Positions 1 to 15,111 of a DNA stretch of 64,000 nt are shown here, piece by piece (position 1 is the stretch's first letter; each line of letters starts with the position of its first letter). The DNA is from Eledone cirrhosa (taxonomy: Eukaryota). The notes below the pieces were generated by a model. That model saw only the letters and a program-made list of their open reading frames with translations, searched no databases and had not been told where the DNA came from. The stretch spans positions 248,001 to 312,000 of the forward strand of contig OZ024762.1 in the NCBI GenBank assembly GCA_964016885.1, written 5' to 3'. The position numbers and the translations under genes are program-made.

Positions 1-505
1 TTCTCATTGAAAACCAACCAAAACAAAATAAAACCACAGAATCCCACAGGGGCTGGCAACTTATTAAGTTTTTAATCAATATCATTGTGTGTGTGTGTGT
101 GTGTATTTATGTGTGTGTGTGTATGTATATATATATATGTGTGTGTGTATCTATATATCTATGTGTGTGTGTGTATATATATATATATATGTATGTGCAT
201 GTATATGTGTATATATATGAGTGTGTGTGAGTGTGTGTGTGCTTGTATGTATGTATGTGTGTCTGTATGCCTGTATGTGTGTGTGTATGCCTGTGTGTGT
301 GTGTGTATGCCTGTGTGTGTGTGTGTGTGTGTGTGTGTGCCTGTGTGTGTGTGTGTATGCCTGTGTGTGTGTGTATATGCCTGTGTGTGTGTGTGTATGC
401 CTGTGTGTGTGCCTCTGTATCTGTGTGTATAGGTAAACACCAATAATGGCTAACTCAATACAGAGATGCAGTTTCTCAACATTTCTTTCCTCTTCTCTCT
501 ATCTT

Positions 506-533
506 CTGATGAAGGACTAGTGCCCGAAACGTC
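506..533 (+). ncRNA. Minimal hammerhead ribozyme-like motif (Penelope-type)
   Basis: CTGATGA-A-GGACTAGTGCCC-GAAAC-GTC: both conserved core boxes, stem II with one mismatch, GUC triplet. Confidence 0.5.
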
Positions 534-833
534 AACACTCTTTCCCTACTCTATCAAGTATTAAACTAATATATTTCTTCATTGTACTGTATTGTTTGGT
601 TTGTTGTTGTTAGCGCTGTTGTTGTTTCTGTTGTTGTTATTGTTGTTACTGTTATTGTTGTTATTGTTGATGTTGTTGTTGTTACAGTTGTTAAAGTTGT
701 TATTGTTGATGTTGTTGTTAAAGTTGTTGTTGTTGTTGTTGTTAAAGTTGTTGTTGTTGTTGTTTTCTGTTTAAACGTCATACAATAAATACCAAAAGAT
801 CTTTTGGGAATTTCTGAGAGAAATAATAATTGT

Positions 834-1032
834 TGGATTGGCCGTGGGACCGGTAGAGCGTCGGACACCATGCTTTGCAGCATAGAGTTATGGCCCTTTG
901 CGGTCTGAGTTCAAATCCCGCTAAGGTTAACTTTGCCTTTCATCCATACGGGGTCATTAAAATAAAGTACCAGTAATACACTGGAGTAATTGCTGGCCTT
1001 GTGCCAAAAGTAGAAACAATTATTATTATTAT
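834..1032 (+). mobile_element. tRNA-derived SINE, family A
   Basis: A-box-like cggtagagcg, B box GAGTTCAAATCC, body tttgcctttcatcc.tacggggtc..taaaataaagtaccag, (ATT)n tail. At least 10 copies in the window. Confidence 0.85.
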
Positions 1033-1763
1033 TACATTTTAAAACTTCATCCATCGTCTTAATTTAATGTCAGTTGTCAAATTTATATTTTAACTTCAAT
1101 TTTAATTCTAATTTTTAATTAATTCCTCTTAATGAATTCTACACACAACAAAAAACAAATAAAAAATCTAGAAATGAATAATTAAATAATTAAATATAAA
1201 AATATGAAAAAAAACTAAATCAGAAATTTAGAAATGATCAACGTTAAAACTTGAAATTTTGAAATGTTCTGGAAATTCTAATTTGAAAGTTTTTTTTTTT
1301 ATTTTATTTTAATTTCAATTTTAAAGTTTTCGTTGTGAGTTAAATCTGGTTTAACTGTTTCTCATTAAAACGATTTTCGTGTTTTGGTAAATATTCTTCT
1401 TATTAATGTGGTGGTGGGCTGGGGATGGGGGGGGGGTGTCTGTGCATGGTAGGTGTGCCTTGTGTGTGCATATGGTGTATATAGTGTGTGTGTGTGTGCA
1501 TAATGAGTGTGACATGTTTGTGTGTGTGTATGGTGTATGATGTGTGTGTGGTGTATGGTGTGTGTGTGGTGTATGGTGTGTGTATGTGTGTGTGTGTGGT
1601 GAGTGTAGCATGTAGTTAATAAAGGAAACAAAACAAATACGGAAATGCAAAAATACAGTTATATTAGTTTCACGCTTGATATATATATATATACCACTTT
1701 TTTTTCTTAAAATCACCCTCCACCTTATAAGGCCTACGGTCAGTTTAGGTTACTGGTTAGCAG

Positions 1764-2105
1764 AGTTCTAGTGTTGTAGTGGCCCTGGGTCAGGTTGGGT
1801 TACTAGCTAGTGGAGTTATAGTGCTGCAGTGGTCCTTAAATTAAACCACAATGGTAACTAGGGGAGTTCTAGTGCTGCAGTGGTCCTTAAGTTAAACCAC
1901 AATGGTAACTAGTGGAGTTATAGTGCTGCAGTGGTCCTTAAATTAAGCCACAATGGTAACTAGTGGAGTTCTAGTGCTGCAGTGGTCCTTAAATTAAACC
2001 ACAATGGTAACTAGTGGAGTTCTAGTGCTGCAGTAGTCCTTAAATTAAACCACAGTGGTAACTAGGGGAGTTCTAGTGCTGCAGTGGTCCTTAGGTTAAA
2101 CCACA
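1764..2105. repeat. 51-bp minisatellite, about 6 copies
   Basis: Unit tagtggagttctagtgctgcagtggtccttaaattaaaccacaatggtaac. Confidence 0.9.
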
Positions 2106-2422
2106 AACATCTGCACAAATGTAAACAAGGTAACAATCACTTCTATACCAACAATGGCAACACTTTTCTTAAAAAAAACTAAAATTTTAATAAATTTTAT
2201 GATGAATAAAATAAATTTATTTTCACTGTCTTTTGTTTTAAAAATATACTAAAATATTTCAACAAAAAATACAATGTAGAGAATAAAGTAAATTTATTGT
2301 CACACTTTGTTATGTTTTTAAAAATATACTAAATTATTCCAACTAGAATCACGATATAGAACAACAATAAAAATAATATGATGTACAAACTTTATACCCT
2401 TCATCTGACATTTGTAGTCTAA

Positions 2423-2570
2423 ACCTTTAGCATTTAAACCAGCCATATCGGCCAGAATTCTCTCACCTCTTTCTGTTCATCAAACCAGCTGTAACCAGCT
2501 GCTCATACTTATGTTAAGGTATTGTTCTCAAATACAATAGTATATATAGAGTAATGTAAATGGTAAAGGG
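2423..2570. mobile_element. piggyBac-like MITE (internally deleted)
   Basis: cctttagcatttaaacc...gtaaaggg|ttaa. Confidence 0.7.
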
Positions 2571-3753
2571 TTAAACCCATGTATTTATTTATCTATTTAA
2601 AATGCCTGCTTAAATTGAGGGATGTCTTATAAGCCATGGAATATGATATATATATATATATATATATCAGTAATATAATAAAAGCCATGTATTTTTGTCC
2701 ATCACACACTAGAGATGACTGAAGAAGGAAGGGGTGATTACGTCGACTGAGGAAGGAGGGTGTGAGAAACTATAGAAGTCCAGCATTCTAAGATTCATCA
2801 CAGTTGTGTGTTTGTATGTTTGTAGCACTTATGTGAGTAATCGCGGATGAACCAACCAACAAACATCTCTTTTTTATATTAGGTATAGATATTACAATTA
2901 GCCATCATTCTTGACGGCACAGGGCCAACTAGTGTATATATATATATATGTATATATATATGTATATACTAGTTGGCCCTGTGTTATATACATATTATTG
3001 ACACAGATTAAAAGTTTAAGCAAATAATTTCTGCTTTCACTCCAAAGGTGGATCTTCTGAAGATCTACACCACCACCACCACTACTACATCCACTACCAC
3101 CACCACCACCACTACTACTACTACCACAACAACCACTACCACCACCACCACTACTACCACTACCACCACCATCACCACCACCACTACTACCATAACCACC
3201 ACCATTACTACTACTACTACTACCACCACCACCACTACTACTAGTACCACAATCGTAACCATCACCACCACCACATGTGTGTGATTAGATTACATATTAT
3301 ATAAGTATGTGTATATGTGTGTGATTATGTTACATGGGTGTGTATGTTACATAAGTTTGTTTGTGTGTATATAAACACAACTGAACAAACACACTACACC
3401 TCACCACACCGCACCTCACCACACCACACCACACCACACCACACCACACCACACCACACCACACCACACTACACCACTACACCACACCACATCGCAGCAC
3501 TACACCACACTACACCACACCACACAGACCACACTACACCACACCACACTACACGATACTACACCACACCACACCACACCACACAGACCACACCATACCA
3601 TACCACACTACACCACACTACACCACACCACACTACACTACACCACACCACATCCATTAACCTAATTAAATCTATAACTCATCAGTGACCAAAATGCAGC
3701 TGCTGCAGTCATTCTGCAATTGTTTTACACATACTGCACCTTACTATATAACA

Positions 3754-3813
<60 letters not shown>

Positions 3814-3947
3814 TGTTATATATATATATATATATAACAGTAATGGAATAATTATACTGTGTTGTTTATTACATAATTAAATAGCTCTGTACTATACATA
3901 GAGCACTCTTCTTTTCTTTACCTTTTCTATACATATATATATATTTG

Positions 3948-4081
<134 letters not shown>

Positions 4082-4136
4082 AACCCATGCAAGCGTGGAA
4101 GATGGACGTTAAACGATGATGATGATGATGATGATG

Positions 4137-4167
<31 letters not shown>

Positions 4168-4178
4168 GTGTGTGTATG

Positions 4179-4210
<32 letters not shown>

Positions 4211-4360
4211 AATATATATATATCTATATATATATGTGTATGTATATATACATATATATATATATGTATATATACATATATAACGAAGGAAATGTGGTAA
4301 GGAACCAGATGGACCATAACGCACCAAAGTACTCAATACTTAGGGTAGTAGAGTGGGTAA

Positions 4361-4482
4361 TAGGAACGAGTAGGACCCCGATGGCTGAGCTCAAGCCGTT
4401 TCGACGGCTATTTCTGGACGGAATATAGTCCAGAATTAGCCGTCGAAACGGCTTGAGCTCAGCCGTCGGGGTCCTACTTGTT

Positions 4483-4487
<5 letters not shown>
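4361..4487. repeat. Near-perfect ~127-bp palindrome of a dispersed repeat
   Basis: Arms of about 59 bp (taggaacgagtaggaccccgatggctgagctcaagccgtttcgacggctatttctggac), 8-nt loop, 3 mismatches. Confidence 0.9.
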
Positions 4488-4542
<55 letters not shown>

Positions 4543-5953
4543 ATGACTGGTAAAATATAGTGATGACAGTGCTGATATATTCTTAAGGATTTATTTGTTT
4601 GTAAAATATCCCGTGTATATTATGTGTGTGTGTGTGTGGCTTTGATATAAACACACACATACATAGATTTATAAACACACACACACACACATATATATAA
4701 ACACACACACACATATATAGATATAAACACACAGTCTTAGAAACATATAAGTAAAGCTATTGTATATCTTTTCTTATAGAAAACCCACCTCCACCACACC
4801 ATAACATCACCACCACCACCACACCACCACCACACCATAACATCACCACCACCACAGCACCATAACACCACCACCACACCATAACACCACCACCACAGCA
4901 CCACCACCACACCATAACATCACCACCACCACCACACCACAACACCACCACCACCATACCATAACACCACCACCACCACACCATAACACCACCACTACCA
5001 CCACACCATAACACCACCACCACCACCACACCATAACATCACCACCACACCATAACATCACCACCACCACCACAACAGCACCAACCCATAACACCACCAC
5101 CACACCATAACACCACCACTACCACCACACCATAACACCACCACCACAAAATATACACGGTGCACCTGCAACAAATCTTTTATTTGATAATGATAAATAT
5201 AAATACTACAATTGTGGGGAGGGGTAGTGTGTGTCTGTATATATATATATATACACATATATATATGTGTGTATATATATATATATACATCATCATCATC
5301 ATCATCATAGAACATCTGATCTCTCTGCTAGCATATATACACACACACACTCATATATGTGTGTGTGTGTATGTGACTGTGTATGTCTGTGCGTGACTGT
5401 CTGTATCTGTGTGTGTGTGTGACTGTCTGTGTGTGTGTGTCTGTGTGTGTGTGTGACTGTGTGTGTGTCTGTGACTGTGTGTGTGTGTGACTGTGTGTCT
5501 GTGTGACTGTGTGTGACTGTGTGTGTGTCTGTGACTGTGTGTGTCTGTGTGTGTGTGTGTGACTGTGTGTGTGTGTGTGTGTAGTACTTTGGCATGTATA
5601 CAAACAAACTTGCTGTAAATTAAGTCAAGATAGAGAAAACAAACAAGATGGTTTTCAACATATTTGACACCTAGGTAACTCCAGGTAACACTGCTAGTGT
5701 ATATATGTAAATAATGTATATATGAACGTTTACTCTCTCTCCATCTCTCTGCAAACATTTTACAAACGGAAGTTGGATTTATAAATATAGTTGCCTATTT
5801 TCTTCATAATTACATATATCTATATATACACATACATACATCTATATATATATATATATATACATCTATATATACACATACATACATCTACATATATATA
5901 TAGATATATACATATATATATATATATAGATATATACATATATATATATATAT

Positions 5954-6021
<68 letters not shown>

Positions 6022-6929
6022 TGTAGTAACAATATAGCTATGTCTAGGATTCCTGCCTTTCTGTGAAAATTACTAATCACACAAACACAAGTTTGTGTGT
6101 GTGTTAGTGTGTAATAAGATGTAGTAAAGTATGTAAGGTATGTGCTAAGGTGTGTGTTAAAGTGTATGTTAAGGTGTGTAAGTGCTAAGGTGTGTGTTAA
6201 GGTGTGTAAGTGCTAAGGTGTGTGTTAAGGTGTGTAAGTGCTAAGGTGTGTGTTAAGGTGTGTAAGTGCTAAGGTAAGGTAAACCAGCCACAACAATCAC
6301 CAGAGGTAATTAACCATTTAGTTTGTTTCTTTGAAACTGAAATTGTTTTGTTGACAGGAGGGGGGAGGGATATTGTCTTGATGAGAATTTCATAACTGTA
6401 GTACACTACCTCCACTACTACCACGCTACAGCACCACTACCACTACAGCACCACCACCACACCACCACTACCACCACCACCACTACACTACTACTACTAC
6501 CACCACTACCACTACAATACCACCACTACAGCACTACTACCACTACTACCACTACCACTACACCACCACCACCACTACAGCACCACTACCACCACCACCA
6601 CTACCACAATACAGCACCCCTACCACTACCACTGCACCACCACTACCACTACAGCACCGCCACCACTACAGCACCATTACCACCCCCACTACCACACTAC
6701 ATCACCCCTACCACTACCATACCACTAGCACCACCACCATCACACCACTGCACCACCACCACTACAGCACCATAACTACCACTACACCCCACTACCACCA
6801 CCACCATCACACCCCTACCACACCACACCACAACCACCACCACCACCAGCTGCCCCACCCCAGAGACTCAGTAAACTCCTCACTGTCAAAGTAAATAATT
6901 GAAGCTGAAGAAGATACCTCACCCCATGG

Positions 6930-7232
6930 CAGCTGTATCTGCTAGACATAGCAGCCAGGATCTCTCAAACCACACTACATAGTTTAACACAAAGGAAGGA
7001 CACACTGGTGGCTGTATCAACTAGACATAGCAGCCAGGATCTCTCAAACCACACTACATAGTTTAACACAAAGGAAGGACACACTGGTGGCTGTATCAAC
7101 TAGACATAGCAGCCAGGATCTCTCAAACCACACTACATAGTTTAACACAAAGGACACACTGGTGGCTGTAGCAACTAGACATAGCAGCCAGGATCTCTCA
7201 AACCACACTACATAGTTTAACACAAAGGAAGG
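6930..7232. repeat. 79-bp minisatellite, about 4 copies
   Basis: ctagacatagcagccaggatctctcaaaccacactac... at about 6942, 7021, 7100 and 7175. Confidence 0.9.
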
Positions 7233-8430
7233 GCTCATTGGAAACCATAGTAACAGACAATCAGACGGGATGGTCATTGATGGAATGGCTACTTTGATAA
7301 AGTTCTGTTAGATCAGACCTGACCTAGGGTTAAACAAAGTAGTAATTTTATTTGATATTTAAAGTTATTTGAAATGTGCATGTGTGTAAATATACAACTA
7401 CATGTATGTATATATACACACTTTCCTTATTATATATTTTATGTATGTAAACACACACATGCACACAGCTAAGTGCAGACACAGACATGTGTATATGCAC
7501 ACACATGTATATACACACATATATATACACACATGTATATATACACACATGTATATATACACAAGTATATATATATACACATGTATATATATACACATGT
7601 ATATATACACACATGTATATATACACACATATATATATACACATGTATATATATATATACACACGTATATATATACATGTATATATATACACATGTATAT
7701 ATATACACATGTATATATACACACATGTATATATACACACATGTATATATACACACATGTAGAGACATGTGAAAAATACCATCACCATTAAGAAATGTCA
7801 TTTGCAGAATTATAAATACTTTAAATGTGTGTACATGTGTGTAAATGTGGGTGTGTGTACATACATGTGTGTGTGAGTGTACATGTGTCTGTGTGTATAC
7901 ATACGTGTGTGTGTGTGTACATGTTTGTAGATACAATGCATGTGTGTATATGTATATGTCTGTTTGTATACATACATGTGTGTGTGTATTTATGCAAGTA
8001 TGAGTCTGTTTGTGTGGATATATATACATGCTTGTGTGTATATATATGTTTGTGTGTGTGTGTATATATATATATATATGTTTATGTATGTGTGTCATCA
8101 TCATCATCACCGTTTTACGTCCGTTCTTCCATGCTAGAAAGGGTTAGACGGGCTGTCCTGTTGTGGGCAGTGTCTGGTCGGCTGACCATGCCTTGCTCAT
8201 ACAGGAACTGATTTTGGGTTGGTTTCTACAGCTGGATGCCCTTCCTAACACCAACCTCATTTACAGTATATATATATATATATATATAGTGAAAACGGGA
8301 ACAAAAACAGAGAGGCAGTACAAACAAAGGTTTATTAGTTTATATATATATATATATATATGTTTGTGTGTGTGTTTATGTGTGTGTGTATATATTAGTA
8401 TATATATATATATGTTTGTGTGTGTGTGTT

Positions 8431-8493
<63 letters not shown>

Positions 8494-8524
8494 ATGTTTC
8501 TGTATGTATATATATATATATGTA

Positions 8525-11278
8525 TATCCCTCCCCCATGAAGAATGCACCTCCCAACATAGACTGATAATTAGCGACCTCATAGTCAGGACGAGACGTAC
8601 TCGACAACAGAAGAGGACTATCCTCAGGAGGAAAATATGGAAGTTAAAGGACCCCACAGCCAGGAATAAATTTCAAAGCATATTACTTGATGCTTTCGAC
8701 AGTAAGGAAGAACATTTAGAGTCGGACAATATAGAGGGAGAGTGGGAATTTCTGAAAGCAAACCTGCTGTTGGCGACAGACGAGGTCTGTGGCTGGAGCA
8801 GGCCTGTAGGCAGGAGGAGAGTAACATGGTGGTGGAACAGTAAGGTGGAGGGGTCAATTAAGGCCAAAAAGCAGGCTTGGAAAGTATGGCGGGATGGGGG
8901 AAGTAGAGAGGACTATCAAGTGGCCAGGAGGGAAGCTAGGAGACAAGTGTACTTAGCAAGAAGGGAAGCTGAGGAAAGAAAGTTCAAGCATGTTCTACAA
9001 CGCGATGACCAAAAACGTGAGGTGTTCAGGATTGCTAGGCAATGCGTCAAGGAAAACCGTGATATTGTCGGGGAGAAGTGTGTACTAAACGACGATGGCA
9101 CACTTGCCATCACCGACGCTGATAAGAAGGTAGCTTGGAAGTGTCACTATGAAAGGCTTCTAAATGAGGAGAATAATTGGGAGAAAGGCAGTCTCCCCCA
9201 TATCGACCCAATAGAGGGACCAGCAGTGTTAGTCGAGGGGAGTATAATAAGTAAGGCAATCAAGGATATGAAGACTGGTAAGGCGGCTGGGCCTTCGGAA
9301 ATAGTTGCTGAGATGCTGAAGGCATCTGGCACGGTGGGACACACCATGGTCACCCGCATAGTTAACCAAGTCGTACAAAACGGGGTTGTTCCGAAGGACT
9401 GGCATAGCAGCATCATCGTTAACTGTTATAAGGGTAAAGGAGACGCCCTAGATAGGAGTAACTATAGAGGCATTAAATTAATCGACCAGGTCATGAAGGT
9501 CACGGAAAGAGTAATAGCGCAGCTAATCAGAGAGAGAATTGACCTAGATGAAATGCAGTTCGGGTTTGTGTCAGGCAAAAGTACCACAGACGCTCTTTTC
9601 ATAGTACGACAACTACAAGAGAAGTACCTAGCTAAAGGTAAACCCCTCTACTTAGCTTTTGTCGACTTGGAGAAAGCCTTCGACAGAGTCCCCCGCTCCA
9701 TTATCTGGTGGGCTCTTAGAAAACTAGGCGTTGACGAATGGCTTGTGAGGGCTATACAAGCCATGTATAAAGAAACAGTCAGCAAGGTTAGAATTAACAA
9801 CGAATATAGTGAAGAGTTTAGCGTAAAAGTCGGCGTCCATCAGGGCTCTGTTCTCAGTCCACTACTATTTATTATTGCCCTTCAGGCCATAACAGAGGAG
9901 TTCAAGACAGGCTGCCCATGGGAACTCCTATACGCAGACGACCTGACACTCATAGCGGAATCAATGGCCGAGCTAGAGAAGAAATTCCAAACATGGAAGC
10001 ACGGCCTAGAGTCAAAAGGACTTAAAATTAACCTGGCTAAGACCAAAGTACTAGTTTGTAGGAAAGAAAACAAGGCGGCGGTCCCTTCTGGGAAATGGTC
10101 GTGCTCGGTGTGTAGGAAAGGCGTAGGTAGAAACTCCATTTTATGTCCTAAATGCAAAGTATGGGTGCATAAAAGATGTAGTGGGATCACAGGTAGGCTA
10201 ACTAAGAACATAGATTTTACATGTGGCCGGTGCTCTGGTGCAATAAGTAGCAGCAAGTGCCCACAAACTACTAGCTCTTTCAATTGCGCAGAGGGTTCTA
10301 TAGAAATAGTGGACAGCTTCCGTTACCTGGGCGATAAAATCAGCAGTGGGGGAGGGTGCTCTGAAAGTACTGTAGCTAGAGTCAGAACTGGTTGGAAAAA
10401 GTTCAGAGAGCTTATACCACTATTAGCTGCTAAAGGGTTCTCACTAAAAATGAAAGGCAGGTTGTACGATGCCTGCATACGAACAGCAATGCTGCATGGC
10501 AGTGAGACCTGGGCATTGTGTGCAGAGGATATACGCAGACTAGAGAGGAACGAAGCTTGCATGCTCCGCTGGATGTGTAACAGTAATATACGTGAACGGC
10601 AAAGCATAAACGAACTAAGGAATAAATTAGAGATAAGAGGGATCAGATGTTGTTTACTCGAGAGAAGGCTACGTTGGTATGGACACGTGATGCGCATGAA
10701 AGTCGATAGCTGTATAACAAAGTGCAGGGCAATAAAGATAGACGGTAGTCACGGAATAGGCAGACCTAGAAAAACCTGGGACGAGCTGATAAACTCCGAC
10801 ATCACACACTTACACCTCTCCAAGACAATGTCACTGGACCGAGACCTTTGGCGGTACTCAGTAACAGAGAAGACCCGCCTTACCTAAATATATAGTAAAA
10901 CCTACTCCAGCCAGTAGGCATCTCTAACAAATACACCCCGTCCCACCACCCCCACCCGATCCACACCACCCCGTTCTATGTAAAGTTATGTTGGTGCCGC
11001 GCCATCGAGGCCGAAACAAATGAGATCGTGTAGGTGTCACGACAAAAAAACACACAGTCCACGCTGTAATGTGGCCGTGTAGGCAACACGGTAAAAACCT
11101 CCCAGACCCACACTGTAAATGTGGTTGGTGTTAGGAAGGGCATCCAACTGTAGAAAACCTGCCAGACAGTCCTATGCGAGCAAGACAATCACTCTTGCCT
11201 CAAGTGGGACTACCCCCGTCCAAACCCATGCAAGCGTGGAACACGGACGTTAAACGCTGATGATGATGATGATGATGA
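8525..11278 (+). mobile_element. RTE-clade LINE, 5'-truncated, with 3'UTR and (TGA)n tail, inserted between TA-rich microsatellites
   Basis: Uninterrupted RT ORF, then a ~390-bp 3'UTR ending aacccatgcaagcgtggaacacggacgttaaacgc(tga)n. Confidence 0.93.
8530..10887 (+). CDS. RTE LINE ORF: end of APE endonuclease (SQHRL), reverse transcriptase and PHD-like Zn finger
   Basis: [65 protein letters not shown]. The track's upstream 54 codons (from 8368) are microsatellite. Confidence 0.92.
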   Translation, partial: LPHEECTSQHRLIISDLIVRTRRTRQQKRTILRRKIWKLKDPTARNKFQSILLDAFDSKEEHLESDNIEGEWEFLKANLLLATDEVCGWSRPVGRRRVTWWWNSKVEGSIKAKKQAWKVWRDGGSREDYQVARREARRQVYLARREAEERKFKHVLQRDDQKREVFRIARQCVKENRDIVGEKCVLNDDGTLAITDADKKVAWKCHYERLLNEENNWEKGSLPHIDPIEGPAVLVEGSIISKAIKDMKTGKAAGPSEIVAEMLKASGTVGHTMVTRIVNQVVQNGVVPKDWHSSIIVNCYKGKGDALDRSNYRGIKLIDQVMKVTERVIAQLIRERIDLDEMQFGFVSGKSTTDALFIVRQLQEKYLAKGKPLYLAFVDLEKAFDRVPRSIIWWALRKLGVDEWLVRAIQAMYKETVSKVRINNEYSEEFSVKVGVHQGSVLSPLLFIIALQAITEEFKTGCPWELLYADDLTLIAESMAELEKKFQTWKHGLESKGLKINLAKTKVLVCRKENKAAVPSGKWSCSVCRKGVGRNSILCPKCKVWVHKRCSGITGRLTKNIDFTCGRCSGAISSSKCPQTTSSFNCAEGSIEIVDSFRYLGDKISSGGGCSESTVARVRTGWKKFRELIPLLAAKGFSLKMKGRLYDACIRTAMLHGSETWALCAEDIRRLERNEACMLRWMCNSNIRERQSINELRNKLEIRGIRCCLLERRLRWYGHVMRMKVDSCITKCRAIKIDGSHGIGRPRKTWDELINSDITHLHLSKTMSLDRDLWRYSVTEKTRLT

Positions 11279-11462
11279 TATATATATATATATTCCTTCA
11301 ATATACCCCCCCCCCTCCCAATCAGTGGGAAGACAATTTAATCAGCTCAGGTGAATTCTGACGAGAAATCTTTTAATTTTTCTCTTTATTAATATACAGT
11401 TGTGTTTATTTGTGTGTGTGTGTGTGTGTCAGCCGATGTGTGTTTATTAGTGTGTGAGCTGA

Positions 11463-11499
<37 letters not shown>

Positions 11500-11682
11500 G
11501 TATGTGAGCCGATGTGTGTGTGTACTGATCTGTGAATTAGTCTGTATATTAGTGTGTATGTGTGTGTGTATTAGCGCGTGTGTGTGTGTATTAGTCTGTA
11601 TTAGAGTGTCAGGAGCTAAAAAGCTGTCAAAACAAAAGACGATAATCTTCATCAAATAAGTCAACCTTAGAGAAACTGACTT

Positions 11683-11885
11683 AGAACAGAGTCTTGGAGA
11701 ATGGTAAGGTTACCATTCTGTGTAAACATATGAGATACTGTCATAAACATACCATTGTAGAACTAACAGAGTCTTGGAGAAAGGTAAGGTTACCATTCTG
11801 TGTAAATATGGGAGATACTGTCATAAACATACCATTGTAGAACTAACAGAGTCTTGGAGAAAGGTAAGGTTACCATTGTGTAAAT
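11683..11885. repeat. About 82-bp tandem repeat, 2.5 copies
   Basis: aacagagtcttggagaaaggtaaggttaccattctgtgtaaa... repeated. Confidence 0.85.
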
Positions 11886-11918
11886 AAAGCAAGGAGACAT
11901 GTTAACTGACATATATGT

Positions 11919-12400
11919 CTAGGGCGAGTAAAATTCCTGAGATCCATGGACGAGTTCTCTCCAGCGGTCTCTGTCCCTCATTATCGCTGCCATGTCCTGC
12001 ATCTCCAAGAAACCAGTGTCTGTCCTTAGGGCATCAACATATGTTAACCTGGGTCTCCCTCTTCCAGTGTGTCCATGCAGGGGCTCCCACAGGAGCACTG
12101 AGTGCAGTGTCAACTCTGGATGTCGGTGAGCATGTCCAGCTAACCTCAGTCTCCTCTGTGCTACTCTCGAGCTGACTTTTGGGAGGCTCCCGTACAGCTC
12201 TGAGTTCTTCATCCCCAGTGAATACTGATTAATGTTCAGAGCCATCCTCAGCATTCTCGTGTAGCTCCCATCCACCATCTGAGTGAGTTTCTTGGTCAGT
12301 GTCCAAGTCTCAGACCTGTACAGCAGCACAGACTCCACTACAGCAATGAAGAGACGGATCTTCAGGTCTTCACGAAGGTCCGACTTCGACACTTGAGAGC
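11919..12400 (-). mobile_element. 3' fragment of a second RTE-like LINE family
   Basis: KIRLFIAVVESVLLYRSETWTLTK...YTRMLR...RRLRLAGH...GRGRPRLTY...DRDRWR, the C-terminal RTE motifs; clearly divergent from the 8.5-kb element. Confidence 0.85.
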
Positions 12401-12521
12401 TGACACTTGCAAGCAGGGAAAAAGTGGACGTAAAATGAAATGATGATGATGATGATGATGATGATATATATATATATACACACACACATGCAAGCATGGA
12501 AAAATGAATGGAAAAATTGAT

Positions 12522-12566
<45 letters not shown>

Positions 12567-14976
12567 ACTGGCTGACAAATTAGAGATATATATATATACA
12601 CACATATATACATATATATATATATCACTCCACAAAATATATTGTTTGTGACAGTATATATTATAACAATCCCACCTAGTGTGTTTAATTGGTGAAATTT
12701 TAAACTACACCTGTAATGTATTTATGTATACATATATACATTTATATACACATACATTTATATAAATATATACTATATTTATTTGAATTAGTTTATTTCA
12801 TTCTAGCTAACTTCGTCTTTTACAATACAAACACTTTTGTGTTTATCATATATTAATTTATATTAACTTGTAAATATATACATACATTTATATAAATACA
12901 TACATACATTTATATAAATATATACATACATTTATATACACATACACATACATTTATATACATATATACTTACATTTATATAAATATATACATAAATATA
13001 TTCACACATTTATATACATATATATGCATAAATACATACATACATTTATATAAATATATACACACATATGTATATACATATACACTTAAATACACACATA
13101 AACATGCATATACATATATATACACACAGACAGACAATGTTATATATTGCTAATGACAGTATATATTAATATTGTAAACATTACCATTTCCCCCAGTATG
13201 TATAAATTAGCAAGCTTTGATATATAAAGTATATAGCAGCCACTACAACATATACATACATGTATATATTTATATATAAACCTACATAAAATATATAGTC
13301 ACTACATATATATACATACATGTATACACATACATGTATACACATTCATATATATATATAGGTTTATATATATATATATATATATATATACCTACATAGC
13401 CACTACGTATATATACATACATGTAGACACATTCATATATATAGGTTTATATATATATATAAACCTACATAGCCACTACGTATATACATATATGTGCACA
13501 TACCCCCTCACACATATCATCATCATCACAATTCAACATATATATATATACACACACATCAGGTTCTGGTTGAGTGAGGTGGCCTCCCAGCCATGCGACC
13601 TTCCCCCCAACACTGGTCCTCCATAACCTCCATAGCCCCCACCACCACCACCACCTCACTCAACCAGAACCTGATGTGTGTGTATATATATATATATGTG
13701 TGTGTGTGCATGTGTGTGTGTGTGTAAAATGTAGAATTTGTTTCATATATATATATATATACATATCTATGTATATGTATGTATGTACATATATATATAC
13801 ATGTATGTGTATAATATACATGTATGTATGTATATATATATATATATATATATACACATACATGTATATATATATATACATGTATGTGTATAATATACAT
13901 GTATATATATATATAAACCAATAGATCAATAAATAGATATATAAAATACACAAATAGAGGTATATATTTACAACACCACCACCACCACCTCCACTACCAA
14001 CACCACCACCACCAACACCATCACCACCACCAACAACAACACCACCAACACCACCACCAACACCACCACCACCAACACCACCACCACCACCACCAACACC
14101 ACCACCACCACCTCCAACACCACCACCACCAACAACACCACCAACACCACCACCAACAACACCACCACCAACACCTCCACTACCAACACCACCACCACCA
14201 CCATCACCACCACCACTAACAACAACAACAACAATATGGACCAGTGCCAAAAAGTAATATTTTTCCATAACCAAAAGTTGTATGAAAGAGAGGGGAGGGG
14301 GGGGGGGTTATGTTCTTCTTTGAGAGACAAAAGTGGTTGAAATAATTTACTGTTTCAAGTCTTAAGAGATATCGGGGGGAGGGGGTGTAAAGAGGGGGGT
14401 TGTGGTGGTGGAGAGGTGTTGAGACAGCGGTGGTGGAGGCGAGAGAGGGAGGGGTGTGCAGTGGGGGTGGCGAGAGGAAGGTGTTGAGGCGAAGGTGTAG
14501 GGGAGATGAGGAAGGAAGGGGCATGTCTAGGCCTTTTTACTTATTGTTATTAGTATTATTATTATCGTAGTTGTTGTTATTGTTGCTGTTGTTGTTGTTG
14601 ATGTTGTTGTTGTTTCGGTAATTTTCCCGGCTCTCTGAGGTTCGTTTGTGAGGCAGAGAGGCTTTCTTCTCATCACGACCAGGAAAGACAAAATAAAGCC
14701 AAAACTGGGCCCACTGCCCCACCGACCAACCCACCACCCACACCTCACAATTCCTCTTCCTTCCTTCCCTCCCTCCTCCCATCCCGCCCCTCCTACCTCT
14801 ACCATCCTTAATACAACTTTCTGTTGTTATTTATTTCAAATAAAACAGTTGTCTGTTTCTTTCATTTCGTTCAGGAGCACATTTTCTAGCCTCCTTAATT
14901 GTAGCCATTTACCATCACCATCATTATCACCATTATCACTATCATCACCATAATATATTTCTTGGCTATATAATTT

Positions 14977-15042
<66 letters not shown>

Positions 15043-15069
15043 AAATTATATAGCCCATAAACGTGTGTG

Positions 15070-15111
<42 letters not shown>

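Noticed and set aside
834-930. tRNA gene (A and B boxes present)
   Set aside because: No cloverleaf; it continues into a SINE body and tail seen in many copies.
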